From Marsupella aquatica (lineage: Eukaryota > Plantae > Marchantiophyta): a DNA stretch of 64,000 nucleotides. The position numbers were made by a program, and so were the translations under genes. Shown here piece by piece: positions 37,735 through 47,300 of the stretch. The stretch is from the NCBI GenBank assembly GCA_973895155.1, contig OZ316898.1, forward strand, positions 18,425,292-18,489,291, written 5' to 3'. The notes under the pieces are model-generated. The model ran no database searches and was not told where the DNA came from. It was given only the letters and a program-made list of their open reading frames with translations. Position 1 is the stretch's first letter; every line of letters starts with the position of its first letter.

Positions 37735-40700
37735 TTATGTGTGACTTCCCGTGACGGGGTACCCGTCACATAGCTCCTCTCTTAATTGCGAAGCGCCCCC
37801 GCGAGCACCATACTCTTCCTCCGTGTAGTACTTCTTTAGGCGCTCTTGATTGATCCGTGTGTTGAGTAGTTGCCCCTCCAATGTCTTGAGTTGAACCGAG
37901 CCGTTGGAGTAGACGGCATCCACTACGTAGGGTCCCATCCACCGTGTATGCAACTTCCCGGGGAAATGCATGAAGCGGCTATCGTAGAGGAGCACCAAAT
38001 CTCCCTCCTCAATGGACACACGACGGAGACGGGAATCGTAATGTGACTTGCGTTTGCCTTGCTCCTGCTCCGTATGTGTCAAAGCCTCTTCTCGTGTCTC
38101 CGTGAGTTGCTCCAACTGTTGGATCCGTGAAGCGACACTTTCTTCTGCCCCTTCCCTTTCCCGTGTTAGGATTCGAATGGTTGGAACCTCAAATTCCACC
38201 GGCACAAGAGAGTGTTGTCCAAACACAAGGAAATAGGGGCTGTGGCCCGTGGTAGTCTTGTGAGCCAGGTTGTAAGCGTAAGTGGCAGCCAACAACTTCA
38301 AATCCCAATCGGTCTTGTGAGCGGATACCGTTTTGTTGAGGATCTTGCCCATGATCCCGTTGGCTCTCTCAGTGAGCCCGTTGGCTCGAGGGTGGTACGG
38401 AGTGGTCTTCCTATGTGAGATCAAGTAGTTCTCCGTCAAACGTTCAATCGTATGATTGAGGAAGTGAGTACCCCTGTCACTTACCAACTCCAATGGTGGA
38501 CCAAATCGTGTAAAAATCTGCTCATACAAAAAACGTGCCGTGGTGTTGGCATCATCCTTGGCAGTAGCTCGGGCCTCCACCCACTTGGTGGCATAGTCCG
38601 TTGCAAGAATGATGTAGCGCTTCCTCCCTCTTCGTGTGATGGGAGTGAAAGGGCCAATGAAGTCCACCCCCCACTTCTCAAAGGGTGCAAGAGGAAGTAT
38701 GGGCACCAATGGGTGTCGTGAGGAGGGCCCTGGTTTGCCTTGACGCTGGCACGGATCACATCGCTGGATGTACCGGTGTACATCCCGAAAGAGAGTTGGC
38801 CACCAATATCCAGCATCTAGTATTTTCCTTGCGGTGGTCTCCCGTGCAAAGTGGCCACCAGCTTCCTCCTCATGTAATGCTGCCATGACTGTACGTATCT
38901 CCGCTTCCTCCAAACAACGACGAAGTCGGCCATCCATGCCGTACTTGTGAAGTACTCCCTTCACAAGCAAGTAGGGACCTGTCTTACACAAAAACACTGC
39001 TGCTCTCTCCGGGCCCAAACGTGAGGGAACTCTAGCCGTGCGGAGAAATTCCAAAATTTCTCCATACCAAGTAGTGGCCTCTGTATTCACGCTGAACACT
39101 TCCTCATCCGGGAACCGATCATCAATCTCCTGGGAGTCAGATGCTCCCTCAATACGGGAGAAGAAGTCTGCATTGCTATGACTCTTCCCCGATCTTACTC
39201 TCACCTCATAGTTGAACTCTTGTAGCAACAAAACCCAACGTGCAATTCTCCCGGACAGATCTGGCTTGTTGACCATGTATTTCAAGCTGTTGTGATCCGT
39301 GTGGAACACAACCTTGTACCCCAACAAATAATGACGATACTTCTTACAAGCGTAGATGATACCAAGTGCCTCCCTATCGGTGGGTGAGTAGTTTTTCTCT
39401 GCCGGGGCCAACTGCCTACTGGCAAAGTAGATGGGATGGTCTCTTCCATCATCATCTAACTGACTCAAAACGGCACCGATGCAAAATCCTGATACGTCTA
39501 CGTAAACATGGAATTCCTTATTCCAATTGGGCGTAATGAGCACGGGGGCCTCTAGCAATCGTTTCTTCAATTCATCAAAAGCAGCCTGACGGGAAGGAGT
39601 AGGTTCAAACTCACTTCCTTTTTTCAACATGGAAGTGAGTGGCATGGCTACCTTGGCAAAGTCTTTGATGAAGCGTCGGTAGTAGCCAACACACCCCAAG
39701 AACCCTCTCACTTCCTTCACATTCTTGGGAAATGAGACTGCTACCCACACGGCGACCTTCTCACGATCAACTTCAATCCCTCGTGCAGACACTTTGTGGC
39801 CCAATAGGATTCCCTCCTCAATTCCAAAGAAACATTTCTCCGGATGCAGCTTCAGGCAAGTCTCCCGGCACCGCTGAAAAGTCAACCGTAAGTGTTCCGG
39901 ATGCTTGACTCGTTTGCCGTAGACAGCAAAGTCATCAATAAAGATCTCCAAGAACCTGCGTAAAAAGTCATGAAATATATTCATCATGAGCCGTTGGAAC
40001 ATGCCAGGGGCATTGCACAACCCAAAAGGCATTCTCCGGAATGCAAAAATCCCCCACTCTGTTGTGAAAGCCGTCTTGAGTTGGTCCTCCTCCCGTATCC
40101 AGATTTGGTTGTACCCAGAGTAGCCATCCAAGAAGCTGTATATCTCCCAACCTGCTACCATGTCCAACACGATATCCGTGAACGGTAGCGGGTAGTGATC
40201 CTTCTTGGTCGCATCATTCAACTTTCGAAAATCTTGGCACACCCGTATTTTCACCTTCCCGTCTGGCCCCTTTTTCTTGGGCACGATTACGATGGGTGAC
40301 ACCCACTCACTATGCATGACCGGATAAATGAATCCTGCATCCAACAAACGGTCAATCTCCTCCTTCACCATGAGTGAGTATTTGGGGTTGAGGCGGTATT
40401 GGCGTTGCCTCACAGGTCGTGCTCCTGACATCAGGTCAATGCTGTGCTCACCAAACTCAGGTGGCACTCCTTTCAAATCTTGGTGGCTCCACGCAAATAC
40501 GTCTTGGTACTCTTTCAACAATTCCTGAATCGTGCGTTGCTCCGTAGCATCCAACTTACTACCAATGTTGAGTGTCTTGCCCTCACCCACTTCCACCTTT
40601 GTGTACTGCTCCGGCCTGATCACGTCCAACTTGTTGCGTGTCTCCTCATCAAAGGTTTCTTCCAACCGTGCGAGCCTCATCCCTCCATACACCGGTGCAT

Positions 40701-43700
40701 CACTCTCCTCCTGGTCTGGTCGGGATGGAGGTGGATCCTTTGTCACATGGGCCATTATTTCTTCAACGTCAGATTCTTTGTAATGTGACAATAGCTCCTC
40801 TCTAAAGTCATCATCCAGGATGTCATTCAAAAACTGCTCTCTTTGCTCATCATCAAACATGATCGTGTGGGCTTGCATTTCCACCTCCTCGGGGTGATCC
40901 TCTGCCTCCCTATCATGAATCTCTAGAGGTTCAGCCTCCACAATTTTGCTTCGCTCGTCTTCCATCTCTTCTAGAACAGCGTGCACTTGGCTAACTGATT
41001 CCTCTACTGCATGCTCTTGAGTAGCAACTCCGGGGCCAAAAACATCTTCCTCCGTGAGGTGAGAAATCAGTTTCACCATGTATACTTCATCCTCGTCTTC
41101 ATCTGAGGTGACCTCTGAATCATATTCCTCCTCCATAGTCGTAGTCTCCCCGTGAGGTGACTCCGCTGACCATGGAATAGTGATAGTGGGGATACCAAAC
41201 CGAAACTGCCGTTTGCCCCAATCACTTGTGACCTTGGCCACATACAACCATGGCCTGCCAATTAAAATGGGAAAACCGTACGGCCGAACGGGTCGCATCA
41301 CCAAATAGTTGAGGGGGAAAGATTTTCCCCCAATCATTGTTGGAATCTTGGTGAGACACCCCAACGGCACCACCCGTGCACCATCAGCCAACCTCATGGC
41401 ACGTGCCGGTGGTTCTAACTCTGTATACCCCAACCGGTTTGCCGTCTCCTCAGTCATGATGTTGACTCCCGAGCCCCCGTCCACCGGTACAAACCGTATT
41501 GCACATCCATTGATGTCCACCGTGAGTTCTGGGGCACCCAAATCCTCCGTGACCCAGTTGACTTGTATGGGGTCAGCCCCAACTTTGGGTAACCTTCTTC
41601 TACGTCTCCTCCTCATGAGAATCTCCTTGACTTGGCGACGGTATAGGGAGCTATCCCGTAATAGTTGACCAATTGTGGCACTGACTGGGCAATCCAGAAT
41701 GTCTTGAGCAATGTTGTACGCGGTTGCAGGAGGTATGGGTGGGATGACCTCTTCTCCCGGTTTCCAACGAACAACCCTCTCCTCCGCTTTCTTTCTGGCC
41801 TTTGCCTCCTCCATGTCTTTGTCAATGGCCGCTTGCATGGCTTGTGCTTCTAGCTCCTCCAACTGCTTACGTACCTCTTCTCCCACCTTCGGATAGAACA
41901 ACTTGGGGTTGTCCCGATCAAAGTCACTATCCTCCATGGGTGGCACCTCCGGTTCGTGTGAGGTACCCGATGTGGAAGCTTGATGCACCTCCTTGTACTT
42001 CTGCTTGAGCTCGGACTTGCCCTTCTTTTTGCCGGATCGAGTGGAGACTCGGTAACAAGAGTAATGCCTTCTCTCCTCGTCGCTGTCTTCCTCCGGTAGA
42101 TTCTCAGCATGAGTCCACTCATGACTTGGGGGTGAGGGGTTAGCAACTTCAACTTCCGTAGATGTTGCAACAACAACCACCGGTATCTCAACAACTGGAG
42201 ATACTACAACGACTAGCGGTACCACCTCCTCCGTTATGGTGGTCATCCTTTGCTTGGGAATGTTCACTACGGTTTCTTCTCTTCTAGTGATTAGAGGGGT
42301 GTCGACTGCTTCCGTGGTGAGAAAGTTGACGCTAGCTTCTTTCAGAGGAGGTGGCGGCCCCTTCTTCTCTTGTGCCCCAATCGGTTGAGCCTTGAACGCC
42401 TCCAAGGTTGGGCAGTGTGGTGCAAGATGACCCTCCCCCTTGCATAGTTGACACAGCCGGGCAAAATCTCCATTGCCTTGACGGGTGGGCTCTGGGCACA
42501 CATTAGCGTAGTGGCCCGCCACTCTACAATTGTAACAAATAGGGATCTTCCTCACTCCAGGGTACGGTGGTCGATTCCCTGGGTTAGCGTTGGGATAGTT
42601 GGAGTATGCGGGTGCTCCGGCGTTTGTTGAAACTCCATGAATGCTCCGTGGTCCCGGGTTGAGAGGTTGTACACTATACACGTTGGCCTCTGGTGGCTCC
42701 TCCATGAAGTACTCTATTGGCCCTTCCGCTGCATATGAAGGATTTGAGTAGCTTGCCCCCTCAACATCCTCCTCCCGTACTTGGAAAACCTTGGCTGGTT
42801 CTCCCGCTGGGCACTCCTTCGGGGCATGACCAAACTTCATGCACTTGGTGCACCACACATTGGCTCTCTCCACCGGAACTTTTCTCCTCTCAGGTTTGAG
42901 TCCGGCAAAATGTACTTTCAACGCTTTCATTTGCTCCGTCAGCTCATCATATCTGGCCTCTTGCTCCTTCAGGCGTCTTGCCGTAGACAATGGTGTAACG
43001 GCCACCGTGGGTAGTATCACTTCACGGTGAGAGGACTTCTTGACTTTCTTTGACAACTTCTTCTTCTTCCTCCTTCGTCTTTCAGCTTCTGACTCCGTAG
43101 TGTCTGACTCTGTAGTACTCTCAGAATCCTCAGATTCATCACTACTATCTGAATCAGATCCACTCGACTCCTCACTGGAGGAACTGTCAACCGGCTTCAG
43201 CTTCTTTCTTCGGCAACGCTTGCTTGTGGCATCAGCTGCGGTGTATGACTCCGCTGCTGCAATAGCTTCAGCCAATGTGGTTGGCTTGGCTTGACGTACA
43301 AAGAACCCCATCTTGCTTGGTAGGGCAGCCACAAACCAGGCTTGACGCATAGCATCATCGGTACGGGCTTGGATCCGACGTACCAGCTTTTGGAACCTTT
43401 GCAAAAACCTCCGTAATGACTCCTTCTTCTTCATCCTGAGTTGGCCCACCTTTAATAGTGAGGTGGCCTCCACTCCTATGGATCTGAACTCCTTCAAGAA
43501 GGCTTGCTTGAACAGAGCCCAATCAGCTTTCACGTTGGCCAACAACGAAATGAACCATGGACCTGCCTCCCCTCTCATCATTCCAGGAATGATAGTGAGC
43601 TTATGTGCAGACTCCCCATTAGCTTCGGCAATCCCTTCAAACTCCTCAATCCATTCGTCTGGATCATCCTTTGGTCTCCCCTTGAAGGGTACGTACTGAA

Positions 43701-44133
43701 CACGGGTACGTTGTGCAGCTGCCATCGGTGCAGCCGGTGCCTGTATCAACACAGGTGGTAATGGCGCTTGTTGGGCCACCGGTAACAGCACCGATGATAG
43801 GTGTGAGATGATTTGTGGCAATGCAGTGAGCTCTGGGATCAGATTTTGTAACTCAGACTGCACCAACACAAAGGGCTCTCCTTCTTCTCGCTCGTGATCT
43901 ATGTCTGGCTCTTCGTCTGGGCATATGGCCTCATTACGTTGAGCCTCTTCCTGTTGCACACCAACTTGTTCTTCCAGCACCAGTGGCAACCTCCTCTCTT
44001 CTGCAAGCCGTAAGCGTTCTTCGGCAGCAACTCGTCGTCTGGTCCCAATCCAAGAGGGCCCCCCTTCTAGCTCTGATCTTGGGGTACGTGTGTGTTGGGG
44101 ACTTCCTCTACCTCCCCTTCTCCCTCTCGGCAT
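37735..44133 (-). CDS. Gag-Pol polyprotein, 2132 aa
   Basis: Retrotransposon gag core, three CCHC knuckles, protease VDGGSG, RT (CQDFRKLN, DGYSGYNQI, MPFGLCNAP, FIDDF), RNase H (HTDHNSL), integrase HHCC + D,D35E (GVDFIGP, SDRGTHF, ERAN) and GPY. No chromodomain. Confidence 0.97.
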   Translation of the reverse strand: MPRGRRGGRGSPQHTRTPRSELEGGPSWIGTRRRVAAEERLRLAEERRLPLVLEEQVGVQQEEAQRNEAICPDEEPDIDHEREEGEPFVLVQSELQNLIPELTALPQIISHLSSVLLPVAQQAPLPPVLIQAPAAPMAAAQRTRVQYVPFKGRPKDDPDEWIEEFEGIAEANGESAHKLTIIPGMMRGEAGPWFISLLANVKADWALFKQAFLKEFRSIGVEATSLLKVGQLRMKKKESLRRFLQRFQKLVRRIQARTDDAMRQAWFVAALPSKMGFFVRQAKPTTLAEAIAAAESYTAADATSKRCRRKKLKPVDSSSSEESSGSDSDSSDESEDSESTTESDTTESEAERRRRKKKKLSKKVKKSSHREVILPTVAVTPLSTARRLKEQEARYDELTEQMKALKVHFAGLKPERRKVPVERANVWCTKCMKFGHAPKECPAGEPAKVFQVREEDVEGASYSNPSYAAEGPIEYFMEEPPEANVYSVQPLNPGPRSIHGVSTNAGAPAYSNYPNANPGNRPPYPGVRKIPICYNCRVAGHYANVCPEPTRQGNGDFARLCQLCKGEGHLAPHCPTLEAFKAQPIGAQEKKGPPPPLKEASVNFLTTEAVDTPLITRREETVVNIPKQRMTTITEEVVPLVVVVSPVVEIPVVVVATSTEVEVANPSPPSHEWTHAENLPEEDSDEERRHYSCYRVSTRSGKKKGKSELKQKYKEVHQASTSGTSHEPEVPPMEDSDFDRDNPKLFYPKVGEEVRKQLEELEAQAMQAAIDKDMEEAKARKKAEERVVRWKPGEEVIPPIPPATAYNIAQDILDCPVSATIGQLLRDSSLYRRQVKEILMRRRRRRRLPKVGADPIQVNWVTEDLGAPELTVDINGCAIRFVPVDGGSGVNIMTEETANRLGYTELEPPARAMRLADGARVVPLGCLTKIPTMIGGKSFPLNYLVMRPVRPYGFPILIGRPWLYVAKVTSDWGKRQFRFGIPTITIPWSAESPHGETTTMEEEYDSEVTSDEDEDEVYMVKLISHLTEEDVFGPGVATQEHAVEESVSQVHAVLEEMEDERSKIVEAEPLEIHDREAEDHPEEVEMQAHTIMFDDEQREQFLNDILDDDFREELLSHYKESDVEEIMAHVTKDPPPSRPDQEESDAPVYGGMRLARLEETFDEETRNKLDVIRPEQYTKVEVGEGKTLNIGSKLDATEQRTIQELLKEYQDVFAWSHQDLKGVPPEFGEHSIDLMSGARPVRQRQYRLNPKYSLMVKEEIDRLLDAGFIYPVMHSEWVSPIVIVPKKKGPDGKVKIRVCQDFRKLNDATKKDHYPLPFTDIVLDMVAGWEIYSFLDGYSGYNQIWIREEDQLKTAFTTEWGIFAFRRMPFGLCNAPGMFQRLMMNIFHDFLRRFLEIFIDDFAVYGKRVKHPEHLRLTFQRCRETCLKLHPEKCFFGIEEGILLGHKVSARGIEVDREKVAVWVAVSFPKNVKEVRGFLGCVGYYRRFIKDFAKVAMPLTSMLKKGSEFEPTPSRQAAFDELKKRLLEAPVLITPNWNKEFHVYVDVSGFCIGAVLSQLDDDGRDHPIYFASRQLAPAEKNYSPTDREALGIIYACKKYRHYLLGYKVVFHTDHNSLKYMVNKPDLSGRIARWVLLLQEFNYEVRVRSGKSHSNADFFSRIEGASDSQEIDDRFPDEEVFSVNTEATTWYGEILEFLRTARVPSRLGPERAAVFLCKTGPYLLVKGVLHKYGMDGRLRRCLEEAEIRTVMAALHEEEAGGHFARETTARKILDAGYWWPTLFRDVHRYIQRCDPCQRQGKPGPSSRHPLVPILPLAPFEKWGVDFIGPFTPITRRGRKRYIILATDYATKWVEARATAKDDANTTARFLYEQIFTRFGPPLELVSDRGTHFLNHTIERLTENYLISHRKTTPYHPRANGLTERANGIMGKILNKTVSAHKTDWDLKLLAATYAYNLAHKTTTGHSPYFLVFGQHSLVPVEFEVPTIRILTREREGAEESVASRIQQLEQLTETREEALTHTEQEQGKRKSHYDSRLRRVSIEEGDLVLLYDSRFMHFPGKLHTRWMGPYVVDAVYSNGSVQLKTLEGQLLNTRINQERLKKYYTEEEYGARGGASQLREELCDGYPVTGSHT
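37771..37783 (-). other. Polypurine tract AAGAGAGGAGCTA
   Basis: Abuts the TG of the 3' LTR on the - strand and lies within the pol coding sequence (REEL). Confidence 0.75.
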
Positions 44134-44350
44134 CCCATTGAGACCTGCATTCCAAACTTACACCAATGTCTCAGAAAGCAATATTTGTAAACATCAACCG
44201 TCGCACGATGCGTTGTGGTTGACGTACAATAACAAAGTAACCAACAAACTTCTCACGTATCAACCGTCGCAAGTTGCGTTGTGGTTGATAGGTTTGAACT
44301 CCCAATAGACGTAGCTCCCCTCCTTCGTGTCGTCAAACAAGAAGAAGGAT

Positions 44351-44368
44351 TCCCCGGCAGCGGCGCCA
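44351..44368 (-). other. Primer-binding site TGGCGCCGCTGCCGGGGA (tRNA-Asp)
   Basis: 17/18 match to the canonical Athila PBS TGGCGCCGTTGCCGGGGA, which is complementary to the 3' end of plant tRNA-Asp(GTC). Confidence 0.85.
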
Positions 44369-44388
44369 AAAACAAAAGACCACACTTA

Positions 44389-47300
44389 TGTCACTTGCCT
44401 CTCCAACGGTTAATACGTGCAAACCGCACTTTTCTTCGCTTAAACCGTTGGTATCGTATTACGGGGTCGTGGAGGGACGCTATTTGGATTCTTTTCACAC
44501 CAGGATGAGTATTTTGGTTTCCGCTCCCGGAAATGTAGGTTTTGATCAAGTCTACCGACTACCCTCACTCCACAGCTTTTGATCAAGTCCTGCCGACTAC
44601 CCCACTACACCTTCACTCGGAGTCACCCAAAGAGTGCTGTCACCACCCCTACTCACAAGGCCGACTCAAACCAAGCAAGTTTCTTCAAATCATAGAACGG
44701 GAGAACACAATTCGGAAAGCGAAAAAGGGAGAAGGAACACACAACAAAAGCCCATCAAGTCAAATGTACAGATCCATATCTCTTGGGAAAAACGATACAC
44801 ATTGCATGAGTAACCCGGCCTCCTGCCGTCTACTCAACTCCTGCCTCTCCGGACAATGAGTATGGCTCCCCCTCACTACTCTGAACACGCTTTCAAACTC
44901 CTCAGGCTCCACTCTATCCCTCCTTGCTAACTTCACACTGAGTCCCCCTAACTACTTCGGGGCTATCCCCCTAAATACTGAAAAATCACACCAAAGCACC
45001 CCTCACAGGGTCACAACGGTGGCGGCTACCCTAGCGGCGCCGCTAAAACCTTGCACTAAGAGAAATCCTTAAACTGAAGAGGAGCATGCGGCACACACAT
45101 GCTGCTAAAACCCTAAACCCAAAACAAGGGGGCCGACGGTGCCTTCGACGGCGCCCCAACAGTACACGTGAACCCTGAAAGTGAGAGGCACCCCAAAATG
45201 GCCGAAACTAGGTGCCCTTCCAAGTGCACACCTGAGCTCACCCCTGGATAGCTCTTCTTTTCCTGCTTCCGAATCACTAAGTCGCTCCCTCAACGGACTT
45301 CAGACGCCTGAGTTATGGCCGTTTCCGTACCGCAAAAACATAAGTTCTCCAGGCCATAACTTGCTCATCCTGGCTCCGTTTGAGGAGCGCCGCCTCTTGT
45401 TGGAATCAGCTCCGCGAGCTCATCCCAACAAGCCCATGAGTGACCCCCCACTAAAATGTTGGAAATCTGGAGGCCGTACACCCACGTCCGTACGCCTATC
45501 TAATCCTCCTCTTCTTCTTCGCTCTCGGTGCCCGGACTTGTGCCCCGTGAGTGGTCCTCCTCCTCATCACTCACGGGAGTGAGTGCCACCGTACTTTTCT
45601 TCTTCTTCGACGGAGTACTCTTAGTGCTGCTGCTCCCGCGCTTCCTCAAAGCAGCCAAGGCCTGCCACGCCTTGATGTACCCCTCACCAATTGTGTCCTT
45701 CCAGAGGGTAGCCTCTTCTCCGGACCGCAACTCCAACGGTAGAACTTGCCCCGTGGCCATGGGAGTCCCGGGGGTGACAGACCTGGGTGGCATCCCCGTA
45801 CTGACCTGAGCCTCCCGTAACGATTTCCGTACCTCCCGGAGCTTCTTCTCCAAGCTCTTACTCTTCTCCTGACTCTTCTTGGCTCCATCCAACAAGGGTC
45901 CATACTTCCCACTAACCTCCTTCACCACCATCTCGATAGCTTGGGAGATCACATCCGGGGAAAGTGTGGAGCCAGGTGTGCCGGGACTCTTCCGTTTCCC
46001 TAGACTCAGGGCCTCACTTCTCTTCGCTCGTGTCTCAAAGGCTGCCACCTGACTCCGTAGTGCTCCCACCTGGTTCCTCCACTCCATCACTTCTCCAGAA
46101 TTTTGCTTCTCTTTGGCCAATGCTTGCCTCAACGCTCCTACTTCTTCTGCTTCCTTGGCCTTGGTGGACAAAGCTCCCTTCAAGTTGGTGATCTCTACGT
46201 GAGCTGCATTGATGTGCCTGACCTTCTCATGAATGGTCTGCTCCTTGGTCTTGATCACCTCCTTCAGTGACAGGATGCTCTGCTCTAACGTCTCTACTTT
46301 GACTGTGGCGTGCTTGAGAGACTCCCTCAATGCGTGGACTAGCTTGAGTCCCTCGTGGACTCCCTCTCTGAAATCCCGTAGCTCTGCCAAGTAAACATCC
46401 GGAATGTTGTATTCCAGAGGCTGTTTCGGATCTCCCACGAGTGATTCAAGCCACTCCAATGTGCAATCATCCTCCTGGTTCTCTTCTTCTCTATTATCCT
46501 CCCCACCAGCAGACAATGATTCCTCCGTGAGCTTCCCTAAAACGGTAGTGGCAATACTCCGGATCTCCGTGGTGAGAGATGATCCCGTGTCTTCATGCCC
46601 CGGAGAACCAATCAACCCTTCTGCCCTGGCCAATACAAATGACCCCATCAAATGTACAGCCCCACCTGGTTTCACACTCCCGGGCTCAGCGGCCAATAGC
46701 TTCTTCAATCCGTAGCACCACCATCCGTACACATGGGCTGGGTAGTTCTTGATGTCCATAGCTACCACGAAATGCTCCTCATTCAGCACTCCGGATTGCA
46801 CGTTGCCAAGAACCCGTTGATGCACCTTGGCCAGGAAGCCCTTATACTCAACATCCTTGACAGCAGAAAGAGGGATGGCGGTGGTGGAGGTAGGATTGGT
46901 CACCCAAGTGGCCACCATTTTCAACGTGAGTTCTCCCCTGATATTCCGAGGTGTGAATGAGAATTTCTGATTCTCAAGAAACAATAGCTTAGCCAACTCC
47001 ACATGGGGCACTACACGTTTGAGACATTCAAAGTAGATTCCCTCCGTTCGGAACTCCATCCCGGCCTCAATGTCCCAGCTCTTCCCTGAAGGGATGGTAA
47101 TCTCCACCTTCATGAATTCTGTAAGCCCGGTGGCTTGGAAAATGTTCCGACAATCCTCCATCACCTTGGTGGAGGTCTTGGGATAAATTCGACGAAAAAT
47201 CTTCCTACCCACCGGTGAGGAACCCGCTGCCAATCCCGTGCTCATCATAACTTCTCTCTCTTCCCTTTCCCGTGTAATCCGAGTCTCCACGTAGTCACGG

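Larger units (their letters stand above)
33646..37770 (-). repeat. 3' LTR (4,125 bp)
   Basis: tgtcacttgcc...cccgtcaca; direct repeat of 44389-48516; immediately preceded on the - strand by the PPT. Confidence 0.95.

Noticed and set aside
38048-43761. Many short + strand ORFs over gag-pol
   Set aside because: They are antisense shadows of the long coding frame with no motifs.
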